Assembly: GCA_046290465.1 (NCBI GenBank)
Contig: JBKAGP010000001.1
Location: 2,880,001-2,944,000, forward strand
Length of the DNA: 64,000 nucleotides
DNA from: Planctomycetota bacterium
Lineage (GTDB): Bacteria > Planctomycetota > UBA1135 > UBA2386
Direction of reading: 5' to 3'
The notes below the pieces were generated by a model, which worked only from the letters and a program-made list of their open reading frames with translations, did not search any database and was not told where the DNA came from. Of the stretch, positions 9,320-17,679 are shown piece by piece (positions within the stretch are counted from its first letter, which is position 1; each line of letters opens with the position of its first letter). The position numbers were made by a program, and so were the translations under genes.

Positions 9320-9636
9320 CAGGCTCCCCCCTCGATCGGCAGCTGCTTCTGCAGCAGCGGCACGCGCTCGTGCGCGTGCAGCTCAGCGAAGCCGGCCTCG
9401 GTGACGTGGAACATCGCGGTGCCGAGCGCGCGGGACACCATCGGGGTCCTCCGCTCGACCAACCCGCGGCCCTCGAGGTCGAGCAGCAGCTCCCAGTCCG
9501 GGGAGTCGGTCCGCGCGACGTAGTTGTTGCGGTAGCAGCGCTCGAGGCAGGTGTACTTCCGGCGCTGCTGCGGCGTCAGGTCGCGCAGGCCGACGGCGTG
9601 CTCGAGCAGGCTGAGCTGGCGGGGTGTGGTGCTCAC
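9319..9636 (-). CDS. Phage hypothetical protein (winged-helix-like)
   Basis: GTG start after GGAGG, overlapping the upstream stop; LEGRGLV...FHVTEAG pattern. Confidence 0.6.
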   Translation of the reverse strand: MSTTPRQLSLLEHAVGLRDLTPQQRRKYTCLERCYRNNYVARTDSPDWELLLDLEGRGLVERRTPMVSRALGTAMFHVTEAGFAELHAHERVPLLQKQLPIEGGA

Positions 9637-10661
9637 GAGGCACCTCCCGCGTCGGGCCATTCGCGCACCCGCAGGTCCTCGGGCCACTCCTCGGGGTTGC
9701 CGCCCTTGCGGTCCTCCAAGCGCCAGTGACGCTGGTAGCAGGAGGTGCCGTCTGGCGACGTCACGAAGGTCCAGCCAGTCGCCATCATTGCGCGCTGCCG
9801 AAGCGAACTCGGACCGCCCAGCTCCATCAGCGCCGCATCCGTTCCCTGGGGCTCGTCAGCTCGACACGATGCCTGCTCGAAAGGCACAGCCCCGAGCTGC
9901 TTCACGAAGCACGCGACACCAGCCTCGCCGCACTGCTCCACGATGCTGTGAATCCACGCGACGTCGCACGGGCGCGACTTCGGGCCAGACTCGCCGCCGA
10001 CGATGGCCCAATCGAGGCCCTCAAGGTATGGCTGGCCGACACCAGACCCGTCGACAGCCGCCGCCCCCTCGAACTCGATCGGCCCGAGCAGCGGCTCGGC
10101 ACTCACGAATCGCACCGCGGCCGGCGTGTCGAGCAGGATCGGGATGCGCTCGTCGGCGGTGGCCTGGTCCTCGGCGCTGACGCCCAGCCAGACGTTCGGG
10201 AGCACGCAACCATGCCCCTCACGCAGCGTCAGGCCCGAACGCTGCCAAGCCTGAAGCAGCTCGCGCATGCGCTTCGGCCGCTTCGTCAGAATCTGGAACG
10301 TGTGCGCTCGCGCTTGAGCCATCGTCGCGAACACGGCCGAGATGAACTCGTCCGGCACGTCGTCGTGGAACAGGTCAGCCATCGAGTTCACGAACACGCG
10401 GCGCGGCTTCTTCCAGCGCAGCGGCTCGTCAAGTCGCTCCTGGTGGCAACGCACGTCGGTGAAGCGGCGCGGCCGGCGTTCGAACTCGTACCCGGGCGGC
10501 GGCGACCCGACACCGGGGTCCACGGGCACCGTCTGCCTGCCGTAGTGCCGCGGCCAGTCGCGCTCGGCGTAGCAGTTCGCGCAGCCGGCGCTGACCTTCG
10601 TGCACCCCGTCACCGGGTTCCACGTGGCGTCGGTCCACTGGATCTTCGTCGAGTCGCTCAA
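9633..10661 (-). CDS. DUF5131 / phage Gp37-Gp68 family three-Cys (radical SAM-like) protein
   Basis: IQWTDATWNPVTGCTKVSAGCANCYA, FVNSMADLFH, FQILTKR, SAEPLLG, GGESG, FVKQLG. Confidence 0.92.
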   Translation of the reverse strand: MSDSTKIQWTDATWNPVTGCTKVSAGCANCYAERDWPRHYGRQTVPVDPGVGSPPPGYEFERRPRRFTDVRCHQERLDEPLRWKKPRRVFVNSMADLFHDDVPDEFISAVFATMAQARAHTFQILTKRPKRMRELLQAWQRSGLTLREGHGCVLPNVWLGVSAEDQATADERIPILLDTPAAVRFVSAEPLLGPIEFEGAAAVDGSGVGQPYLEGLDWAIVGGESGPKSRPCDVAWIHSIVEQCGEAGVACFVKQLGAVPFEQASCRADEPQGTDAALMELGGPSSLRQRAMMATGWTFVTSPDGTSCYQRHWRLEDRKGGNPEEWPEDLRVREWPDAGGAS

Positions 10662-11254
10662 GAGGCACCTCCCAGCTCGCGCTGTCCGGCCTCGTAAGCG
10701 CGGTTCACCGCCGCCATCAGCTCGTCGCTGCCGCCGGTGTCCGGGTGCGCACCGCGCGCGGCGACGCGGTACGCCTGGCGCAGCTCGTCCAGCGACGCCG
10801 GCCGCTCATCGAGGCCCAGGACCGACCACCAGCTCGCCGGCGTCGAGTCCTCGGGCAGCGCCCGGTAGCCGGCGAACGCCTGCTCGGTCGTCCCGACGCC
10901 CCAGCGCTCCATGCCGCGCATCGCCTCGAGGTGCTGCGCGATCGCGCGCATGTTCTGCTCGGGACGCGGGTGCCTGTCGCACGCGAACACGAGCTTCACG
11001 CCCTCGCGCTCGAAGTAGACGGCGACACCCGGGTCATCCGGCGTGCGCTGGTTCGATCGCGGCCATCCGTCGAGGCGGGGCTCGATGTTCGACGAGACGA
11101 TCAGGCTCTTGCCGCGCAGCATCCTGACCTGGTCCCAGATCTGGTCGACGGCGCGCGCAACCGTGAGGCGCCCCGCGCCCTTCTTGGGGTTGCGTGCGTA
11201 CGGCTTCGTCCGTTTCTGGAACGGCGGCCACGACAACGGGTAGGCCTGGCTCAA
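10658..11254 (-). CDS. Phage J-domain-containing protein
   Basis: C-terminal WWSVLGL...AYR....AHPDTGGS..LMAAVNRAY; TTG start with GGAGG. Confidence 0.85.
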   Translation of the reverse strand: MSQAYPLSWPPFQKRTKPYARNPKKGAGRLTVARAVDQIWDQVRMLRGKSLIVSSNIEPRLDGWPRSNQRTPDDPGVAVYFEREGVKLVFACDRHPRPEQNMRAIAQHLEAMRGMERWGVGTTEQAFAGYRALPEDSTPASWWSVLGLDERPASLDELRQAYRVAARGAHPDTGGSDELMAAVNRAYEAGQRELGGAS

Positions 11255-11322
11255 GAGTCACCTCCCTCGAGCCGCCGGGGGTTCGCCGACGCACGGGTCG
11301 CCCGAGCTACGGTCAGGTGACG

Positions 11323-11529
11323 ATGACAAACATCAAAACGATCACGATCACCTTCCGCGAAGAGACCTACTCGGCCCTCTACTGGACCGAGGACGACTGG
11401 GTCGTCGTCGACCATCAGGAGCTCGGCAAGAAGGAAGCCGAGATGCGTGGACTGCCGCCCCACCTCCTTGCGCACACGCTGCTCCGCGAGCTGGCCGAGC
11501 AGAAAGTTCTCCGGCGTCGGCCGATCTAA
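11323..11529 (+). CDS. Small hypothetical protein (68 aa), divergent, at the prophage end
   Basis: MTNIKTITITFREETYSALY...; strong GC3 codon bias. Confidence 0.55.
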   Translation: MTNIKTITITFREETYSALYWTEDDWVVVDHQELGKKEAEMRGLPPHLLAHTLLRELAEQKVLRRRPI

Positions 11530-11673
11530 CTTCCCGTCTAACACAGTGACGGAATGACCCCGATCTAACTGCCCTGATCGCCCCCGTATGGCGGTATGCG
11601 AATAACGCTTACCAACTCCCCTGCAACGTGTTAGATGCCATCGAGGAGAGGGAGGCAGAGGGTCTGGAGGGCT

Positions 11674-11718
11674 TTGAAAATGCCAGGGTCGGCGGTTCAA
11701 ATCCGCCCCTGCCCACCA
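11674..11718 (+). other. att core: 3' half of tRNA-Phe(GAA) duplicate
   Basis: TTGAAAA anticodon loop, T-arm GGCGG-TTCAAAT-CCGCC, acceptor 3' strand CCTGCCC-A-CCA. No matching 5' GGGCAGG or D-arm upstream. Confidence 0.85.
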
Positions 11719-12759
11719 CCCTTTCAGGGCGGTCATACAACGGGTTACGACGGCGAGCACGGCCAGCCTCCTTGCTGCCAATTTCGGCCAACCCGCACCC
11801 CATGACGAGGGGAGCCAGCGGCCGAAGAGGTCACGGCAGCAGCCGTGACTGCGGTGGATCCTAGCGCGCTGGCGCGAGCGCGCTCAGCACTGAGTGTGGC
11901 TCCCCTACGGACGCATCGACGTAAGCTCGTCTGGAGTTCGAACTACCCGGCACGGGAAGCAGCGTTCGAAGCCGCAAAGCGGATTCCCGAGAACAGGCAC
12001 GCCACGAGCAGATCCTCGACCTCACGTTCGACGGAGCCGCAACAAAGCGAAGCAGCAGCTTCTACTCATCGACCATCACTCCCATGTTCGATCGGGACGG
12101 AAGATGGCGACTCGCCAACCCTGCAGCATCGAATGCTTGGAGTCTGCGGTGGCCCCCATGATGACAGGAGATCGGCCACCGCATTGACGAGCCGCCAGTG
12201 TGGGAAGTGCTGCGCGGCAGCCTGTTTCATGGAGCCCACTGCGGGCTTGTCGCGGGATCTCCCCACGCACCATGGGCCGCCGCGCAGCGAAGGTCCTCGA
12301 GTCGCCTTGAATGAGCTACTTGCGACTCCTCGGCGCCCGACGTCATCGACTGCTCGACGAACATCACCCAACGACTGCCCTGCCGTCCTGAATCGAGCTC
12401 ACACGATGCTTGCGCAGGTCGTCATGCAGCAGCGATCCGCATCCCAGAGTTGCAGCCGCAGACACTTGAGGATCTCGCACGGGCTGAGTGGACGCGATCA
12501 AGGCAAGCACAACGAACAGCGTTGACAGCAAGTTCCACCAGCTGCGAACTCGCTGCTCGCTGCTATGCACCCGACTGTGCCGAAGGATATCTCTCGGTTC
12601 ACGCACATCGACTCGCCGCCCTTCGAGGGCGCTCCGTCAGGACGCCGCGCGGGAAACGACCGGATCGGACATTGCCCGCACCTGCGCATCGCGCATGCAA
12701 CTCGCGATCACCGAGCCGGCCGCGCACCACACTTGCGCGCTAACGGCCACGCCATGCAA

Positions 12760-13083
12760 TCACCCCCGCTTGCTGGATTGACGCCAGTCGTTCGCAGAGT
12801 CGTAGAACTCGCCGTCATCGCCTTGCACCGTGGCAGTCAATCGCGCGGCGATTACTAGCATCTTGGTGACGTCGACGGGTTCAGGATCGGTGGTGAACAC
12901 ATTGCCCTCGAACCAGTCGAACCAACCGTTCTTACCATATCGAACGGCGCACGGGCCGTTCGCTGGATCACGATACAATTCCGTGTCGGAGTCGATGATC
13001 GCGTACCACTCACGAATGGTGATCTCGCAACCTTCGTTGCGATCCCAATCCACGGCACGAGTAATCCTGAGGTCGTAGCCCAT
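12760..13083 (-). CDS. Hypothetical protein (107 aa)
   Basis: MGYDLRITRAVDW...VQGDDGEFY; GGAGG-free but protein-like composition, directly after the RRM gene. Confidence 0.65.
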   Translation of the reverse strand: MGYDLRITRAVDWDRNEGCEITIREWYAIIDSDTELYRDPANGPCAVRYGKNGWFDWFEGNVFTTDPEPVDVTKMLVIAARLTATVQGDDGEFYDSANDWRQSSKRG

Positions 13084-13091
13084 CGGAGGGG

Positions 13092-13385
13092 CTACCACGC
13101 GCTGCGACCGCGTCCGCGGCTGCCTCCACCAGAGTTGCGTTCCTGCGCCTCGTTGACGCGGAGGGTCCGACCATCGAGGTCCTTGCCATCCATCGCCTGG
13201 ATGGCAGCCTGAGCGTCTTCCTCGGTCGCCATTTCGACGAACGCGAATCCTCGAGATTGCCCCGTATCGCGATCGGTCATGATGGACACGCTGCTGACTT
13301 TGCGTGCATCTTGGCTGAACGCTTCCGTGAGCGAGTCTTCGGTCGAGTGGAAGGAGAGATTGCCTACGTAGAGCCTGTTGCCCAT
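13092..13385 (-). CDS. RRM RNA-binding protein
   Basis: RNP2 LYVGNL, RNP1 RGFAFVEM, LRVNEA, Gly/Arg tail. Confidence 0.93.
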   Translation of the reverse strand: MGNRLYVGNLSFHSTEDSLTEAFSQDARKVSSVSIMTDRDTGQSRGFAFVEMATEEDAQAAIQAMDGKDLDGRTLRVNEAQERNSGGGSRGRGRSAW

Positions 13386-13880
13386 GTCTGTCGAGTGCCT
13401 TGCTTGGCGGTGGTTGCAGACTGCGAGGTCGGTGATCGTTGCCACACGACAACAAGGTCATTCGCAGGTCACTGGTGTTCCAGCATCTCGCCAGCCAGAG
13501 GAGGCGGGTCGAGGGCACTGACGGCTAGGGCCGACGATGCGGACGCATACGCACGCGAATTCGATCAGACAGCAAGGAGGCGACGTCAGCTTTTGGCTCG
13601 ACGACTCCTCCGCAGGGGACCTTAGCCGCAAGTTGGGGGCGACCGTCCAAACCAAATCAACTGAACAGCAAGAAGTTCCGCCCGCTGCCGTCTGACCGGT
13701 CAGTTGTGCTCACAGCCGAATCCGCGTGGGGCCAGCCATGCGTGGCGCTGAAGGCAGTCACCTGACTTGACTTACGCCCAAGCAAGCTCAGATCCCGCGC
13801 CAGAGTCACGGATCTCATCTACATGGCGCGTCGGTTCGCGCCAACATCCGAGAATCGACCACCGCCAGCTGCCTGACCAG

Positions 13881-14924
13881 CTAGACCTCCAGCAGGACCT
13901 TCGTGCACCCATCGAGCCGCCTGCTGAACAGCTCGTAGCCGCGGGCCGCCTCGTCCAGCGCCATGCGGTGCGAGAACAGCTGCCCGAGTTGGTGGCGTCG
14001 CTCGGCGACGAGCGGCATGGTCACGTCCATCATCGCGCGCGCCGGGCAGCGGCCCGCGCGGTAGGTCAGGTTCTTGTCGTAGGCCTGGCCCGGCGAGAAC
14101 GCGAAGTGCGGCTCACAGTGCACGCCCGCCGCTGCGATGGTGCCGCCGGGGCGGACCAGATCGAACGACACCTGCGTCGCACGTTCGCTGCCGACGCACT
14201 CCAGCACGACGTCGACCCCGCGACCGGCGGTCGCGTCGGCCAACTCCGCCATCGCCCGCGCATCGTTCGGGTCGACCGCCGTCGCGCCGAAGCGCGCCGC
14301 CAGCGCGCGCCGTTCGGGCTGCAGGTCGAGCGCGAACACGCGCTCCGACGACCGCGTCGCGGCGAGCGTCGCGCAGATGCCGACCGGACCGGCGCCGACG
14401 ACGGCGACGACGTGCTCGGGCTCGATCGCCCCCATCTGCGCGCAGTAGAAACCCGTCGACAGCACGTCGCCGGCCAGCAGCGCCTCTTCCGCGACGGCAC
14501 CGTCCGGCACCCGGACCAGCGTCGTGTCTGCCAGCGGCACGCGCACGAACTCCGCCTGGCCACCGTGCAGGCCGCGGCCACCCTGGACCCAGCCGAACAG
14601 TTCGCCGCGCTCGCAGCGCGCGGTCAGGCCTCGCGCGCAGTAGAAGCAGGCCCCGCAGCTGGTCGTGAACGGCGCGACGACGCGGTCGCCGGGCGCGAGG
14701 TGCTCGACCGCCGAGCCGACCTCGACGACCTCCCCGACGAACTCGTGCCCCATGACGGTGCCGACGTCGAGGCCGTGCTCGCGGCCGAGGTAGGGGTGCA
14801 GGTCGGAGCCGCAGATGGCGGCGAGCTGCACGCGGATCAGGGCGTCACCCGGTTCGGCGACGGTGGCCGGCGGGAGCTGCTGGACCTCGACCCGACCGAC
14901 CTCCGCAAACGTGACGGCTCGCAT
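13881..14924 (-). CDS. Zn-dependent alcohol dehydrogenase family protein
   Basis: CGSD, GHEFVG, C..C..C.......C cluster, GAGPVG. Confidence 0.92.
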   Translation of the reverse strand: MRAVTFAEVGRVEVQQLPPATVAEPGDALIRVQLAAICGSDLHPYLGREHGLDVGTVMGHEFVGEVVEVGSAVEHLAPGDRVVAPFTTSCGACFYCARGLTARCERGELFGWVQGGRGLHGGQAEFVRVPLADTTLVRVPDGAVAEEALLAGDVLSTGFYCAQMGAIEPEHVVAVVGAGPVGICATLAATRSSERVFALDLQPERRALAARFGATAVDPNDARAMAELADATAGRGVDVVLECVGSERATQVSFDLVRPGGTIAAAGVHCEPHFAFSPGQAYDKNLTYRAGRCPARAMMDVTMPLVAERRHQLGQLFSHRMALDEAARGYELFSRRLDGCTKVLLEV

Positions 14925-14953
14925 CCCCCGATCCTATCGCCGATGCTCTGCGC

Positions 14954-16306
14954 ATGGTCCGCGCCCTCACCGTGTCCATGCTGCTCGCCACCCTCGTCCC
15001 GGCGCAGCAGCACTCCCGCCGAGATCGCCCCAACGTCGTCATCGTCTTCACCGACGACCAGGGCTACGGCGACCTGTCGTGCTACGGGCACCCGACGATC
15101 CACACGCCCAACCTCGACGCGCTCGCCGCCGCCGGCTGCAAGATGACGCAGTTCTACGTCGCGGCACCGCTGTGCTCGCCGTCGCGCGCGGCGCTGCTGA
15201 CCGGCTGCTACCCGAAGCGGGTCGGCATGCACCGGCACGTGATCTTCCCGCAGTACGACTACGGCCTGCACACCGACGAGGTCACGATCGCCGACATGCT
15301 GCGCGAGCGCGGCTACGCGACCGGGTGCTTCGGCAAGTGGCACCTCGGGCACCGGCCGGGACTGCTGCCGCTCGACCAGGGCTTCGACGAGTACGTCGGC
15401 GTGCCCTACTCGAACGACATGGCGCAGATCCACCGCAAGAAGGGCAACAGGTACCCCTACCGCCTGCCGTTCATGAACGGCAACGACGTGGTCGAGTGGG
15501 AGCCGGATCAGCGGCTGCTGACGCGGCGCGCGACCGAGGCGGCGGTGGCGTTCATCGAGAAGAACCAGGACCGGCCGTTCTTCGCCTACGTGCCGCACTC
15601 GATGCCGCACATCCCGCTCTACGCGTCGGAGGCGTTCGCCGGCAAGAGCCCGCGCGGGCTCTACGGTGACGTGATCGAGGAGATCGACTGGAGCGTCGGT
15701 GAGATCGTCGGCACGCTCGATCGCCTCGGGCTGAGCGACGACACGATCGTCGTGTTCACCAGCGACAACGGGCCGTGGCTGCCGTTCAAGCGCGACGGCG
15801 GCAGCGCCGGGCTGCTGCGCGGCGGCAAGGGCACCAACTGGGAGGGCGGCCAGCGCGTGCCGTTCCTGGTCAAGTGGCCCGGCAAGGTGCCGGCCGGTTC
15901 GGTGCAGCGCGAGGTCTCGACCGCGATGGACCTGCTGCCGACGATCGCACGGCTGACCGGCGCGAAGCTGCCCGAGGACCGCACCATCGACGGCCACGAC
16001 GTGCGCGAACTGTGGTTCGGCCGCCGCGGCGCGAAGTCCCCGACCGGGCACTTCCTCTACTACAAGAACAAGGGCGGGCTCGCCGGCGTGCGCCGTGGCC
16101 CGTGGAAGCTGCTGCTCGACAAGGGCGAGCTCTACCACCTCGAGCACGACCCGCGCGAGAACTGGAACGTCGCCAGGCAGCACGCCGGGCTGGTCGACGA
16201 GCTGCGGCAGCTGGCGAAGGACCTCGACGCCGAGATCACCGCCAACGCGCGACCGACGCGCACGGTCGAAGAGCTGCGGTTCGATCCGAGCAAACCGGCG
16301 AAGTAG
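14954..16306 (+). CDS. Arylsulfatase (formylglycine-type), secreted
   Basis: PNVVIVFTDDQGYGD, CSPSRAALLTG, GKWHLG, FTSDNG. Confidence 0.95.
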   Translation: MVRALTVSMLLATLVPAQQHSRRDRPNVVIVFTDDQGYGDLSCYGHPTIHTPNLDALAAAGCKMTQFYVAAPLCSPSRAALLTGCYPKRVGMHRHVIFPQYDYGLHTDEVTIADMLRERGYATGCFGKWHLGHRPGLLPLDQGFDEYVGVPYSNDMAQIHRKKGNRYPYRLPFMNGNDVVEWEPDQRLLTRRATEAAVAFIEKNQDRPFFAYVPHSMPHIPLYASEAFAGKSPRGLYGDVIEEIDWSVGEIVGTLDRLGLSDDTIVVFTSDNGPWLPFKRDGGSAGLLRGGKGTNWEGGQRVPFLVKWPGKVPAGSVQREVSTAMDLLPTIARLTGAKLPEDRTIDGHDVRELWFGRRGAKSPTGHFLYYKNKGGLAGVRRGPWKLLLDKGELYHLEHDPRENWNVARQHAGLVDELRQLAKDLDAEITANARPTRTVEELRFDPSKPAK

Positions 16307-16365
16307 GCGGGCCTGCGCCAGGGATGGGGCCAGAACACGGGCAAGCGTGGCCCGTACAGCAAGAA

Positions 16366-16394
16366 CGCCGCCCGACGGAATCCGTCGGACGGCG
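16366..16394. terminator. Hairpin between convergent genes
   Basis: CGCCGcCCGACGGA-A-TCCGTCGGaCGGCG inverted repeat. Confidence 0.55.
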
Positions 16395-16416
16395 CTCCTG
16401 CACGAGGAATACGAAG

Positions 16417-17532
16417 CTAGTTACCCTTCTTCGCCGCAGCTTCGGCGGCCGCGATCATCTCTTCGAGCACTTCTTCCATCTGCTTCTCACCGCGGATGTT
16501 CTTGTGCTTGATGACGCCTTCGTGATCGATGTAGTAGAGGGTGGGCCAGCCGCGAACGCGCCAGTCTTCACTGATGCGCGGCGTGTTGCCTTCGTCGCGG
16601 AAGCTCCGCCACGTGACGCCCATCTCCTTCTGCTTCTCCTTGTAGAGGGCCATCCCCTTGTCGGTGTTCGTGCGATCGGAGTTGACGCCGATCAGCGCGA
16701 AGGGACGGTCCTTCCACTTATCCACGAGCGACCGCTCGTGCGGGATCATCGCCCGGCAGGGCGGTCACCAGAAGCCCCAGAAGTCGAGCAGGACGACCTT
16801 GCCGCGGTAGTCGCTGAGCTTGAACGCGACGCCTTCGACGTCGACGCCTTCGATCTCGGGTGCAACCGAGCCGACTGCCAGCTTCTTGACCTCGACGAGC
16901 GCCTCCTTGGCCTCCTCGAGCATGTCCGCGTCCTTGGTCAGCTGCTGCACCTTCTCCAGGTCGGCGATGGCGCCGGCGCTGTCGTCACGGCTGAGCAGCT
17001 GGCGCGAACGCGCGAGCAGGGCCTTGGCGCGGATCTCCTTGTCGCCGTGGTTGTCGGCGATGTCGTTGAGCAGCGACATCGCGGAGCGACCGGCCATGCG
17101 CGCGACGCGCGGCAGGTAGTCGACGACCTCGCCGATCTGCTTGCTCTCGGCGTGGTCCGAAGCGAGCGTCTTGACCGCCCACTTGACGGCGTTGCGCTCG
17201 GTGCTCGCGTTCTTGAGGATGAAGCCGAGGAACGGCACCGCGGCTTCCTTGCCGGCGTGCTCCTGGGCGAACTCCTGCGCCGTCTCGACGAACTCCTTCG
17301 TCGGTTGGCGATAGGCCGAGCGCGGGACGCGCTCGCCGGCCTGCTTGGCCTGCGCGATCTTCTGTTTCAGCTCCGACTGGTGCTTCGCCATTGCCTTGGC
17401 GAAGTCCCGGGCGAGCTTCGTGTAGGCCGCCTGCGGATCCTGCTGCTTGGCCAGCGCTTCGACGTCGCTCTGGGCAACGACGAGGGCCGGGGTCATCAGC
17501 AGGAGCGCAGCGGCGAGAACGGGTCTCAACAT
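16417..17532 (-). CDS. Secreted TlpA/thioredoxin-like selenoprotein (371 aa, Sec256 in UPPC) with helical N-domain
   Basis: LLDFWGFW-TGA-PPCRAMIPHERS joins two ORF-track fragments in frame; the TGA sits exactly at the first Cys of CxxC; SECIS-like hairpin follows. Confidence 0.88.
16723..16740 (-). promoter_or_regulatory. Bacterial SECIS element candidate
   Basis: Perfect hairpin CACGAGC-GGTC-GCTCGTG; the loop begins 31 nt after the UGA. Confidence 0.75.
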
Positions 17533-17679
17533 TGCGTAGTTCCTCGAGGGTTTGGGTAGGCGCAGTCGATACGGACCGCGCATCGATCGTTCCGGAGACG
17601 ATAGCCAGAAAGTCGTGTACGAAACGTATCCAGCCGCCGGGCAAGTTGTCCCACGCGAGCAACCGGCCCTTGCGGCCGG

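Larger units (their letters stand above)
1..11718 (-). mobile_element. Prophage (right portion), lambda-type cos packaging, integrated at tRNA-Phe
   Basis: Tightly coupled leftward genes: terminase pair, initiator, DUF5131, HD and AAA proteins. Ends at a 3'-half tRNA-Phe copy. Confidence 0.9.

Noticed and set aside
11645..11718. Complete phage-encoded tRNA-Phe
   Set aside because: The 5' acceptor strand and D-arm are missing; only the anticodon loop to CCA is present, so it is called an att duplicate.
11251..11781. 176-aa minus-strand ORF across the att site
   Set aside because: Its N-terminus is tRNA antisense translation and it overlaps a better + strand gene; at most the last codons are a remnant.
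16765..16767. Pseudogene nonsense mutation, or UGA=Trp recoding
   Set aside because: The TGA sits exactly at the catalytic Cys with a SECIS-like hairpin, and many neighbouring genes use TGA as a normal stop.
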